Positions 1-8,654 of a stretch of DNA of 64,000 nt are shown here, piece after piece. The stretch is from Alphaproteobacteria bacterium (GTDB taxonomy: Bacteria > Pseudomonadota > Alphaproteobacteria > Bin95), in NCBI GenBank assembly GCA_965220855.1, contig CBDCQY010000002.1, positions 136,001-200,000 on the forward strand, in the 5' to 3' direction. The notes beneath the pieces were generated by a model. It ran no database searches. It saw only the letters and a list, made by a program, of their open reading frames with translations, and was not told the DNA's origin. Within the stretch, counting starts at the first letter, position 1. Each line of letters begins with the position of its first letter. Position numbers and translations under genes: made by a program.

Positions 1-571
1 TGATGACCGGCAGGATCAGATGGCGGAGATGCTCCGCGTCCCAGGCCCAGCGGCTGGAGCCGCCCGGCCCCATGCCCATGGCCGGCAGCAGGTTCATTTC
101 CACCGAGAAGACGATCACCAGCACCAGCCCCAGCCAGTAATGCGGCACGCTGACGCCGGCGATGGCGAAGCCGGTGGCCAGCTTGTCGATCCAGGAGCCC
201 TGGAAATAGCCGGCGAGCGCGCCGATCAGGCAGCCCATGGTCATGCCGATCAGGATGGCGCCGACCGCCAGCACCAGCGTGTTGACCACGCCGACGGCGA
301 TGGCGTCCGCCACCGGGCGCCCGGTGGCGAAGGAGATGCCGAAATCGCCTTCGAGCGCGCGGCCGAGCCAGATCAGATATTGCAGCGGGATCGGCTTGTC
401 GAAGCCGTAGGCCTGCTTCAGCAGCTCCACGGTCTCCTTGGGCGCGTCCGGCGGCACCACGGCGTTGAGCGGGTCGCCGGGCGCGATATGCACCAGGCCG
501 AAAATGATGATCGTGACGCCGAGCGAGATCGGCGCGACATAGAGTATGCGTCGGGCGATGTAGGCGAACAT
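1..571 (-). CDS. ABC transporter permease, DppB/OppB family (partial; 3' end lies off the window)
   Basis: Reverse-strand translation from ATG at 571 gives MFAYIARRILYVAPISLGVTIIIFGLVHIAPGDPLNAVV..., the typical N-terminus and first TM segments of peptide-ABC permeases. GGAGAG RBS upstream. It is not in the ORF track because it runs off the window edge. Confidence 0.8.
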   Translation of the reverse strand, partial: MFAYIARRILYVAPISLGVTIIIFGLVHIAPGDPLNAVVPPDAPKETVELLKQAYGFDKPIPLQYLIWLGRALEGDFGISFATGRPVADAIAVGVVNTLVLAVGAILIGMTMGCLIGALAGYFQGSWIDKLATGFAIAGVSVPHYWLGLVLVIVFSVEMNLLPAMGMGPGGSSRWAWDAEHLRHLILPVI

Positions 572-655
572 GCCCTCTCCCCGGGCGCTGGCCGGAGCCG
601 CGCCGTCAGAAGCGGAGATCGGGGCGGCGCGCGCTGGCGCCGCCCGCTCTCCCGG

Positions 656-2287
656 TCACTCTTCGATATAGGTCGAGGTCAGCGACTGGAACCAGTTTCG
701 CGACTGGACATAGCCCTTGACCTTCTGCGCCATGGCGCGCGGCGCCACATCGTGGACCACCCACACGAACGCCGCGTCATCGACCTCGCGGGCGTGGACC
801 TGGGCGAGGAAGCCGTCGCGCTCGGCCGGGTCGAAGGCCGCCGAGGCCGCGTTCAGCAGCTTGTCCATGTCGGGATCGTTGTAGAAGCCCCAGTTGACGC
901 CCTTGGGCGCGTGCAGGTCGCTGCGCAGGAAGCGCGTGAACGAGCTGTAGGGGTCCTGGGTGGTGTAGCTGACATTGATGGCGTGCGCGCCCTTGGCCTG
1001 GGGCGATTTGGCCCCGGCCCGCCACAGGTCGATGAGCGCGTTCCACTCCGTCACCTCGAACTCCACCTCGATGCCGACCTCGGCCAGGTTCTGCTGCATA
1101 TATTCGTTCATCGGCAGGGGCAGCATCTGGCCGGAGCCGCTGGCGGAGATCATCACCTTGACCTTGACCGGATTGTCCGGCCCGAAGCCGGCCTCGGCCA
1201 GCAGCGCGCGGGCGGCGTCGGGATCGTGGCGAAGCTCGAAGGTCGGCTTGCCGTACCAGGGGTCCTGGGGCGTGACATGGCCCGAGGCCTTGATGGCGTA
1301 GCCGCCCAGCAGCGCCACGATGCCGTCGCGGTCGATGGCGAGGTTGGCGGCCTTGCGCACCCGGATGTCGTTCCAGGGCGAGCCTTCGACGCGGCTCAGA
1401 TGCCAGGACCAGACATGCGGATAGACATTGGAGACCACCTGGAAGCCGCGCTCCTTGATACGCTCCAGCGCATCCGGGGCCGGCGCCTCGATCCAGTCCA
1501 CCTGGCCCGAGAGCAGCGCGGCGGTGCGCGCGTTCGGGTCGGGGATCGGGATGGTGATGACCCGGTCGAGCTTCGGCACGCGGTTCGCGTCCCAATGCTC
1601 CTTGTTGGGCACGAACTCCGCCCGCTCGCGCGCCGCCAGCGCCTCGAGCTTCCAGGGGCCGGTGCCCGAGGGGTCCTTGGCGAACTCGTTCCAGTCGCGC
1701 CCGGTCTTCTCCCACTGGGCGGGGCTCGCCATCAGGATGTAGCAGACCTGGTAGGGCACGAAGGAGTCCGGCGTGTGGGTGGTGAACTCGACCGTATGGT
1801 CGTCGATCTTGCGATAGGCCTTGATCGCCGGGATGCGGAAATTCACCAGCGAGGCCTGCCGGGCGCTGAACTGCGGCGAGTCCTGTTTCAGCAGCTTGTC
1901 GAAGTTGAAGACCACCGCGTCGGCGTTGAAGTCGCTGCCGTCATGGAACTTGACGCCCTGGCGGAGCTTGAAGATCCACTTGGTCGGGTCGTCCGGGCTG
2001 ACCGCCCAGCTCTCGGCGAGGCCGGGAATGAGGCCGGAGGCCTTGTCGTCCGAGGTCATGTCCCAGTTGATGAGCGCGTCATAGAGCATCAGCCCCATGA
2101 AGCGGAAACCCTCGAAGCCCTGGTCGGGCTGGCCGAAGGACACCGGGATGTCGGCGAGCGTCATGCCGACGCGCAAAGTGCCCTGGGCTTCGGCTTTGGG
2201 CGCCAGCCCCGGCGCGAGCGCCAGCGCAAGGAGCGCCAGCGCGCCTGCGAACGCCGCGACGAGGCGGCGGGACAGAATATGCAGCAT
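656..2287 (-). CDS. ABC transporter substrate-binding protein, family 5 (peptide/nickel/opine type), with signal peptide
   Basis: ORF 656..2845(-). The likely true start is M187 (MLHILSRRLVAAFAGALALLALALAPGLAPKAEAQG, a signal peptide), preceded by an AGGAGGA RBS. The body has SBP_bac_5 hallmarks. It lies upstream of the permease on the same strand. Confidence 0.85.
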   Translation of the reverse strand: MLHILSRRLVAAFAGALALLALALAPGLAPKAEAQGTLRVGMTLADIPVSFGQPDQGFEGFRFMGLMLYDALINWDMTSDDKASGLIPGLAESWAVSPDDPTKWIFKLRQGVKFHDGSDFNADAVVFNFDKLLKQDSPQFSARQASLVNFRIPAIKAYRKIDDHTVEFTTHTPDSFVPYQVCYILMASPAQWEKTGRDWNEFAKDPSGTGPWKLEALAARERAEFVPNKEHWDANRVPKLDRVITIPIPDPNARTAALLSGQVDWIEAPAPDALERIKERGFQVVSNVYPHVWSWHLSRVEGSPWNDIRVRKAANLAIDRDGIVALLGGYAIKASGHVTPQDPWYGKPTFELRHDPDAARALLAEAGFGPDNPVKVKVMISASGSGQMLPLPMNEYMQQNLAEVGIEVEFEVTEWNALIDLWRAGAKSPQAKGAHAINVSYTTQDPYSSFTRFLRSDLHAPKGVNWGFYNDPDMDKLLNAASAAFDPAERDGFLAQVHAREVDDAAFVWVVHDVAPRAMAQKVKGYVQSRNWFQSLTSTYIEE

Positions 2288-2525
2288 GGGGGATGTTCCT
2301 CCTCTTTGGCGGTTGCCTCTCCGGTCGGACCGCAGCCCGCGCCGCCCCCTCCCGGGCGGCCGGAAGACGCATCCTCGCGGCAATAGTCCCGGTCTGCAAG
2401 CCTCATGCCAGCGCCGGAAGGGCCGCGAGCGCCGGAGCGCCGCCGCTTTCGCGCCCGCCCGTCCGCCTGCATATTGGGCAGAAGCCGCAATTTCGCCACC
2501 GCCGGGCGACGAGAGGAGCGGAGCC

Positions 2526-3344
2526 ATGACCGGACTGCGATGGGCGATTCTGCTGTTGGCGTTGACTTTCGGCGCGGAGGCGCGGGCCGGAGAGGCGTTT
2601 CGCGATTGCGCGGAGTGTCCGGAAATGGTCGCGGTGCCGGCGGGCAGCTTCGCCATGGGCTCGCCGCCGGGCGAGAAAGGCCGGACGGAGGCCGAGGGGC
2701 CGGTGCGTCGGGTGACGATCGCCCGGCCCTTCGCGATCGGCAAATATGAGGTGACATTCGCGGAGTGGGACGCCTGCCTGCGCGCCGGGGGCTGCGAGCA
2801 CCGGCCGGACGACGAAGGCTGGGGTCGGGGTCGCCAGCCGGTCATGAATGTGAGCTGGCAGGATGCGCAGGCCTATCTGCGCTGGCTTTCGGCAAAGACC
2901 GGCGAGGACTATCGCCTGCCGAGCGAGGCGGAGTGGGAATATGCCGCCCGCGCCGGGACCACGGGTCCGTTCCATTTCGGGCGCGCGATCTCGCCAGAGC
3001 TTGCGAACTATGGCGGCAACGCCGCCCATGGGCCGGGCGCGAAGGGCGCCTGGCGCGAGCGGACGGCGCCGGTCGGCAGCTACCCGCCGAACGCCTTCGG
3101 CCTGCACGATGCGCACGGCAATGTGTCGGAGTGGGTGCAGGACTGCTGGAACCGCAGCCATGCAGGCGCGCCGTCGGACGGGAGCGCCCGGCTCGACGGC
3201 GACTGTTCGCTCCGCGTGCTGCGCGGCGGCTCCTGGTATGTCAAGGCGCGCTTCCTGCGCTCGGCCTACCGCATCTGGAACGCGCCCGACTTCCGCCTCC
3301 GCTTCCTGATCGGCTTCCGCGTTGCCCGCCCGCTCGCCCCGTGA
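2526..3344 (+). CDS. Formylglycine-generating-enzyme (FGE/SUMF1) family protein, secreted
   Basis: Start at M144 of ORF 2097..3344 (MTGLRWAILLLALTFGAEARA signal peptide). The body (RLPSEAEWEYAARAG, HGNVSEWVQDCW, GGSWY) matches the FGE-sulfatase fold. Confidence 0.75.
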   Translation: MTGLRWAILLLALTFGAEARAGEAFRDCAECPEMVAVPAGSFAMGSPPGEKGRTEAEGPVRRVTIARPFAIGKYEVTFAEWDACLRAGGCEHRPDDEGWGRGRQPVMNVSWQDAQAYLRWLSAKTGEDYRLPSEAEWEYAARAGTTGPFHFGRAISPELANYGGNAAHGPGAKGAWRERTAPVGSYPPNAFGLHDAHGNVSEWVQDCWNRSHAGAPSDGSARLDGDCSLRVLRGGSWYVKARFLRSAYRIWNAPDFRLRFLIGFRVARPLAP

Positions 3345-3447
3345 GTCCCTCGCCGCCTCCCTTGCGGGGCGCATCGCCGGCGCGCGCGTTGAACCGGGGC
3401 GTGGGGCGGGCTACAAGGCGCGGAGCGGCACGAGGGGAGCGCGCGCG

Positions 3448-3642
3448 ATGTGGGACGGCGGACTGGGCAAATATCTCTACGGCATCACCATGATCCTTTG
3501 CGCGGCGGGCTTTCTGTTCGTCGCCAGCCGGATGCACGGGCCGGCGGCCTGGATCTGCTGGGCCGGCTTCCTCGCCTGCGTCGGCTATGTCTTCCGGCTG
3601 ATCGCGCACTACACCCGCCCGGCCCCGCGCGGCGAGGGCTGA
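3448..3642 (+). CDS. Hypothetical small membrane protein (two predicted TM helices)
   Basis: Start at M43 of ORF 3322..3642 (MWDGGLGKYLYGITMILCAAGFLFVASRMHGPAAWICWAGFLACVGYVF). GAGGGGAG RBS about 9 nt upstream. GC-rich third codon positions. Stops 1 nt before the SDR gene. Confidence 0.35.
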   Translation: MWDGGLGKYLYGITMILCAAGFLFVASRMHGPAAWICWAGFLACVGYVFRLIAHYTRPAPRGEG

Positions 3643-3643
3643 G

Positions 3644-4414
3644 ATGGCCGGCTCGCCCGGCTATTTCCAGGGCCGCGTCATCGTCATCACCGGGGCGGCG
3701 AGCGGCATCGGCAAGGCGACGGCGGCAATCTTCGCGCGCGAGGGCGCGCATGTGGTCGCCTGCGACATCGACGCGGACGGCGGCGAACGCACCGTGAAGG
3801 CCATCCGGCAGACCGGCGGGCGGGCGCTCGCGGTCGCCACCGACGTCACGCGCCGCGAGGATGTCGAGGCGGCGGTCGCGGCGGCGCTGGCGGAGTTCGG
3901 GCGCATCGACTTCCTGTTCAACTGCGCCGGCGCGGCCGTGCGCCGCTCCGCCTTTCTCGACATCGACGACGAGCTCTGGCGGCGCAGCTGGCAAATCAAT
4001 GTCGATGGCCCCTTCTACGGCATGCAGGCCGTGCTGCCGCACATGCTGGAGCGCGGCAAGGGCGTGATCGTCAATGTCGCCTCCATGTCGCACAAGCGCG
4101 GCGGACCGGGCGCATCGGTGCATTACGCCTCCGCCAAGGGCGCGGTGCTGACCATGACCTTGGGCGTCGCGCGAGAGTTTGCGAGCCGGGGCATCCGCTG
4201 CCTCTCGATCTCGCCGGGGCCGGTGGAGACGCCTTTCCAGGCCGCGGCCGCCACCGCGCCGGAAACCATGGCGACCTTCCTTGCGGATGTGCCCATGGGT
4301 CGCTTCGGCAAGCCGGAGGAGATCGGCGAGCTGGTGCTGTTTCTCTGCTCCGACGCCTGCGAGTTCATGACCGCCGACACCGTCTATGTGAGCGGCGGCG
4401 GCGGCTGGCGCTGA
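3644..4414 (+). CDS. SDR family NAD(P)-dependent oxidoreductase
   Basis: TGAASGIGKA Rossmann motif. Catalytic S and Y(ASAKGAV) in canonical spacing. Confidence 0.9.
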   Translation: MAGSPGYFQGRVIVITGAASGIGKATAAIFAREGAHVVACDIDADGGERTVKAIRQTGGRALAVATDVTRREDVEAAVAAALAEFGRIDFLFNCAGAAVRRSAFLDIDDELWRRSWQINVDGPFYGMQAVLPHMLERGKGVIVNVASMSHKRGGPGASVHYASAKGAVLTMTLGVAREFASRGIRCLSISPGPVETPFQAAAATAPETMATFLADVPMGRFGKPEEIGELVLFLCSDACEFMTADTVYVSGGGGWR

Positions 4415-4521
4415 GAGGCGGGAGACTGCTTGGCTGTGCTGGAGCGGAATACGAATCTTTGAGTTGACGACGGAAATCCGGACAGATCATCAGCAACATC
4501 GACCGGACGGGAGGAAGCCTC

Positions 4522-4809
4522 TTGATACGATCCTTTGCCGATCGGCATACGGCGAATGTTTTCAATGGAGTGAGCGAGCGGTCTTTCCCGACTGATATTC
4601 TCAAGCGAGCGCGTAGCAAGCTGGATCGTATCAACGATGCTGCACATATTGACGATCTGCGGCACCCGCCCGGCAACCGGCTCGAGCGCCTGGTCGGCGA
4701 TCGCCACGGGCAATACAGTATTCGAGTATCCCGAGGCTGGCGGATTTGCTTCGCGTGGCGGAACGGAGACGCCTTTGACGTCGAGCTGACCAACCATTAT
4801 GAACACTAG
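4522..4809 (+). CDS. higB: Type II toxin HigB (RelE/ParE superfamily, plasmid-maintenance killer type)
   Basis: MIRSFADRHTANVFNG...LRHPPGNRLERLVGDRHGQYSIRVSRGWRICF is a classic HigB sequence. TTG start with a GGGAGGAAG RBS. The gene sits in a lower-GC patch. Confidence 0.8.
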   Translation: MIRSFADRHTANVFNGVSERSFPTDILKRARSKLDRINDAAHIDDLRHPPGNRLERLVGDRHGQYSIRVSRGWRICFAWRNGDAFDVELTNHYEH

Positions 4810-4823
4810 AATGGAGGATCACG

Positions 4824-5144
4824 ATGGCTGCTATACCGACACACCGGATTACGACCCACCCCGGCGCGCTGCTGCGCGAGCAGATCGAGGAGCTGGGGCT
4901 GTCCGTCCGCCGGGTGGCCGAGGATACCGACCTGCCGGAGACGCGCTTGCGCGAGATCGTGCATGAGCGGCGGGGAGTGAGCGCCGAAACCGCGATCGCG
5001 CTCGGCGAATATTTCGGGCAGACGCCGCAGTTCTGGCTCAACGCCCAGCGGACCTTCGATCTCAGCCGCGCCCTGGTCGAGAACGGTCCGGCGATTCGCG
5101 CCCGAGTCCGGCGCCGCGCGGCGGATCGCGCCGCGGCCGGTTGA
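4824..5144 (+). CDS. higA: HigA antitoxin (HTH-XRE, addiction-module antidote)
   Basis: ITTHPGALLREQIEELGLSVRRVAEDTDLPETRLREIVHERRGVSAETAIALGEYFGQTPQFWLNAQRTFDL is an HTH_XRE domain. It lies 14 nt downstream of higB (toxin-first order, as usual for HigBA). Confidence 0.8.
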   Translation: MAAIPTHRITTHPGALLREQIEELGLSVRRVAEDTDLPETRLREIVHERRGVSAETAIALGEYFGQTPQFWLNAQRTFDLSRALVENGPAIRARVRRRAADRAAAG

Positions 5145-5153
5145 TCCGGCGCG

Positions 5154-5720
5154 CTACTGCCCGAAGCGGTTGTCCGGGTCGGCGGCGAAGGCTTCCTCTT
5201 CCGGGGTCGAGGGGCGGCCCAGGGCGGCGTTGCGGTGGGGGAAGCGTCCGAAGCGGCGGATGATCTCGCGGTGGCGGAGCGACGCCTCGCGGCTCTTCGG
5301 ATTGCCGGTCGCGCCCAGCAATTCCACCGACAGGTCCTGGTCCGCCAGATGCTCGCTATGCTCCAGCGGCAGATAGAAGAAGGTGCGCAGCGCCGCCGGC
5401 AGCGTCCGGTCGAAGCCCCGCTCCAGCGCGAAGCGGGTAAGCGCGCGGGCGCGCGCGTCGCCCGCAAAGGCCCGCGCCCGGCCGCGATGGAGATTGCGCG
5501 GAAACTGGTCCAGCAGCAGGATCAGCGCGAGGCAGGAGCGGGCCTCTTCGCGCCACTCCTCGAAGCCGCCGGCGAGCGCCGCCTCCACCTCCGGCTCGAA
5601 CCGCCGGCAGGCCTCGTCGAAGGCCGGGCCGCCCCGGAACCACTCCTCGCGCGGCTCGCCATAGCCGGGATCGTCCGGCGCGCCGAACCAGAATTCCAGC
5701 ACCGTCTCGGGGTCGCTCAT
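5154..5720 (-). CDS. DUF924 family protein
   Basis: The C-terminal 188 aa of ORF 5154..6746(-) start at MSDPETVLEFWFG. The start overlaps the lpxK stop by 4 nt (ATGA). Confidence 0.7.
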   Translation of the reverse strand: MSDPETVLEFWFGAPDDPGYGEPREEWFRGGPAFDEACRRFEPEVEAALAGGFEEWREEARSCLALILLLDQFPRNLHRGRARAFAGDARARALTRFALERGFDRTLPAALRTFFYLPLEHSEHLADQDLSVELLGATGNPKSREASLRHREIIRRFGRFPHRNAALGRPSTPEEEAFAADPDNRFGQ

Positions 5721-6685
5721 GCGATCGGTCCCTTCGCTTGCAGCAGGCGGTCGAGCGCGTCCGGGTCGCGCCATTCGAGCGCGACGCCCACGGTCTCGAC
5801 CGCCGGGCGGATGTCCGGCGGCAGCCGGAGCGCGTCCTTCTCCGTCGTCACGCAGCGCGCGTCCAGCGCCCGCGCCTCCTCCAGCAGCGCCATCGCCTCC
5901 TCCGGGCGGTAGCGGTGATGGTCCGGAAAGGCGCGGAAGCCGGCAAGCTCCGCGCCGAGCTCCCGAAGCGTCTCGGCGAACTTGCCCGGCCGCCCGATGC
6001 CGGCGAAGCCGAACACCGCTTCGCCGGCAAGCCGCTCCGCCCCCGGCTCCGGCGCGAGCCGGGCGTGGAGGCGCGGCAGCCCGTTCGGCAGCGGCCGGGC
6101 CTCGCGCCCGATCACCACGAGCGCGTCGGCGCGCGCATGGGCCGCCGCCGCCGGCTCGCGCAGCGGCCCGGCCGGAAACACCCGCCCATTGCCGTAGCCG
6201 ACCGCCCCGTCCGCGACCAGCAGCGCCAGGTCGAGCATGAGGCCGCCGCTCTGGAAGCCGTCGTCCAGCACCAGCGCGTCCGCCCCGGCCTCGGCCGCCG
6301 CCAGCGCCCCGGCATGGCGGTCGCGCGCGACCCAGGTGGGCGCGGCGCGGGCCAGCAGCAGCGGCTCGTCGCCGACCGCGCCCGCATCGTGGCGCGCCGG
6401 ATCGACCCGGAGCGGCCCCCGGAGCCTGCCGCCATAGCCGCGCGTCAGGAAATGCGGGCGCTTGCCGGCGGCGGCGAGCCGCGCGCCCAGCGCCAGCGCC
6501 ACCGGCGTCTTGCCGGCCCCGCCCAGCACCGCATTGCCGACGCAGAGCACCGGCAGCGGCGCCGGGCGCGCGCGCTTGCGGGCCAGCGGCGCGAGCGCGC
6601 CGTAGAGCCGCCCGGCCGGGGCCAGCAGCCGCCCGGCGGGCGCGGCGGCGTCGTCCCAGAAGGCGGGCGCGCGCCAGCCGCTCAC
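5717..6685 (-). CDS. lpxK: Tetraacyldisaccharide 4'-kinase
   Basis: CVGNAVLGGAGKTP P-loop and overall LpxK similarity. Lies in an lpxK-waaA-msbA cluster. Confidence 0.9.
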   Translation of the reverse strand: MSGWRAPAFWDDAAAPAGRLLAPAGRLYGALAPLARKRARPAPLPVLCVGNAVLGGAGKTPVALALGARLAAAGKRPHFLTRGYGGRLRGPLRVDPARHDAGAVGDEPLLLARAAPTWVARDRHAGALAAAEAGADALVLDDGFQSGGLMLDLALLVADGAVGYGNGRVFPAGPLREPAAAAHARADALVVIGREARPLPNGLPRLHARLAPEPGAERLAGEAVFGFAGIGRPGKFAETLRELGAELAGFRAFPDHHRYRPEEAMALLEEARALDARCVTTEKDALRLPPDIRPAVETVGVALEWRDPDALDRLLQAKGPIA

Positions 6686-7950
6686 AGACGGTCGATGAAC
6701 GGGCGGAGCGCGCCCAGCACATCCTCCAGCACATCGCCATGCGCATTGGCCACCGCCGCCGCCCGCGCCGCCTGTTCGCGCCGCCGGTCGCGGTCGGCGA
6801 GCAGCAGGTCGATGGCGTCCACCAGCTCCTCGCGGTCCGCGACCCGGCGCATGGCGTCCGCCGCCATGAGCTCGCCCGCGATCTCGGCGAAGTTGAACAT
6901 GTGCGGGCCGGTCACCAGCGCCGCGCCCAGCCGGGCCGGCTCCAGCGGGTTCTGCCCGCCATGCGGCACCAGCGAGCCGCCGACGAAGGCCGCGTCCGCC
7001 ACGCGGTAGAGAAGGCCGAGCTCGCCCAGCGTATCGGCCAGATAGACCTCGGTCGCCGCGCCCGGCAGTTCGCCGCGCGAGCGCCGGGCCACGGCCAGGC
7101 CCATCCGGCCCGCCAGCAGCGCCTCGATCTCGTCGCCGCGCGCCGGATGGCGGGGCGCGAGCAGGGTAAGCACGCCGGCATGGCGGTGGCGGAGCGCCTC
7201 ATGCGCCTCGGCGACCGCCCCCTCCTCGCCCGGATGGGTGGAGGCCGCGAGCCAGACCGGCCGGTCCGCCACCGCGTCCAGCAGGCTCTCCAGGCGCTCC
7301 TCGTCCGCGCCGAGCGGCGGGGCTGCGTATTTCAGATTGCCGAGCGCGGCCACCGGGTCCGCGCCGAGCGCCCGGAAGCGTTCCGCATGCTCGCCGTCCT
7401 GGGCGAGCGTCAGCCGGAAGCCGCCGACCAGCCGGCGCGCGAGGCCCGGCAGGCGTCGCCAGCGCCGGAAGGACGCCGCCGACATGCGCGCGTTCAGCAG
7501 CAGCGCCGGCACGCCGCGCGCGCCCAGCTCGCGCAGCATGTTGGGCCAGAGCTCCGACTCGATCCACAGCGCGAGGTCGGGGCGCCAATGGTCCAGGAAG
7601 CGGCGCACCCAGGCGGTGCGGTCGAGGGGGTAATATTGGTGGATGGCCTCCGGCGGCAGGCGGCGCGCCAGCAGGGTGGCGGCGGTGCGCGTGACCGAGG
7701 TGGAGAGCAGGGTGGCGTCCGGGCGGAGCGCCGTCAGCCGCGCGATCAGCGGCAGCGCCGAGCCGGTCTCGCCGATGCTCGCGCCGTGGAACCAGATGAG
7801 CGGCCCGTCGGGGCGGGGCCGGCCGGCGAGGCCGCGCCGCTCGCCGCGCCTTTGCGGATCCTCCAGCCCGCGCCGCTGCCGCCAGGCCAGATAGGCCGGC
7901 AGCGCCGGAGCCAGCAGGTCGGTCGCGGCGCGGTAGGCGAGATGGATCAT
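6682..7950 (-). CDS. waaA: 3-deoxy-D-manno-octulosonic acid transferase
   Basis: 422-aa protein starting MIHLAYRAATDLL...WFHGASIGE (the KdtA N-terminal motif). 4-nt overlaps with both neighbours. Confidence 0.9.
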   Translation of the reverse strand: MIHLAYRAATDLLAPALPAYLAWRQRRGLEDPQRRGERRGLAGRPRPDGPLIWFHGASIGETGSALPLIARLTALRPDATLLSTSVTRTAATLLARRLPPEAIHQYYPLDRTAWVRRFLDHWRPDLALWIESELWPNMLRELGARGVPALLLNARMSAASFRRWRRLPGLARRLVGGFRLTLAQDGEHAERFRALGADPVAALGNLKYAAPPLGADEERLESLLDAVADRPVWLAASTHPGEEGAVAEAHEALRHRHAGVLTLLAPRHPARGDEIEALLAGRMGLAVARRSRGELPGAATEVYLADTLGELGLLYRVADAAFVGGSLVPHGGQNPLEPARLGAALVTGPHMFNFAEIAGELMAADAMRRVADREELVDAIDLLLADRDRRREQAARAAAVANAHGDVLEDVLGALRPFIDRL

Positions 7951-8654
7951 GGCTCGCCGGCGGAGGGCGACGGCTCGTGGCCGCAGAGCCGGTCGGCGCG
8001 CTCGGTCAGCCGGTCGAGCGCCTGCCTGAGCCGCTCGGGCGCCTCGTCGTCGGAGACCGGCAGCGGCTCGCCGAACAGATAGACGCCGCGATTGGCGGGC
8101 AGCGGCAGCAGCAGCCGGTCCCAGGTCGGCAGCAGGATGCGCCGGCGCACCGACCAGGCGATCGGCAGGATGCGCACCCGGCCGAGCCGGGCGAGCGCCA
8201 CCGCGCCAGGATGCGGCGCGCCGCGCGGGCCTCTCGGCCCGTCCGGGGCGAGCGCCACGATATTGCCCGCGCGCACCAGGCCGACCAGACGGCGGAGCGC
8301 CCGCGCGCCGCCATGGCGCGTCGAGCCCGCCACCAGGCCGAGGCCTAGGCTCTCCGGAAAGGCGCCGGCCAGCTGCCCGTCGGCATGGGGCGAGACCAGC
8401 GCATAGGTGCGATCCGGGTAGGGCCACTCGGCGCCGGCCAGCATCAACCGGCTGTGCCAGAAGCACACCACCGTCGCCCCGTCCTCGCCGAGCGCCGTCT
8501 CCAGATGCTCCCGCCCCTCGATGCGCCAGCGCGTGGTGCCGGCGACCAGGTGGACATAGCCGATGGCGAGGCGCCGCGCGAGGCGGCGCGCCGCCCGCGA
8601 GCGCAGCAGCCGCTTGAGCGGTCGTCTGGCCCGCTTGAAGAAGCGCCTAGACAA
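7947..8654 (-). CDS. DUF374 / lysophospholipid acyltransferase-like protein
   Basis: Conserved member of the lipid A gene cluster. The probable TTG start (LSRRFFKRARRPLKRLL...) overlaps the msbA stop. The upstream ATG (MARCWRR...) would overlap msbA heavily and was not used. Confidence 0.65.
   Translation of the reverse strand: MSRRFFKRARRPLKRLLRSRAARRLARRLAIGYVHLVAGTTRWRIEGREHLETALGEDGATVVCFWHSRLMLAGAEWPYPDRTYALVSPHADGQLAGAFPESLGLGLVAGSTRHGGARALRRLVGLVRAGNIVALAPDGPRGPRGAPHPGAVALARLGRVRILPIAWSVRRRILLPTWDRLLLPLPANRGVYLFGEPLPVSDDEAPERLRQALDRLTERADRLCGHEPSPSAGEP

Noticed and set aside
20-2386. 788-aa ORF on the plus strand
   Set aside because: This is an antisense shadow of the dppB-like permease and the family-5 SBP gene. 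Its composition is Arg/Ala/Gly-rich, typical of GC-driven open frames. The real genes on the minus strand have clear homology and RBSs.
5738-7009. 423-aa plus-strand ORF across lpxK and waaA
   Set aside because: This is an antisense shadow. lpxK and waaA on the minus strand are clearly real.
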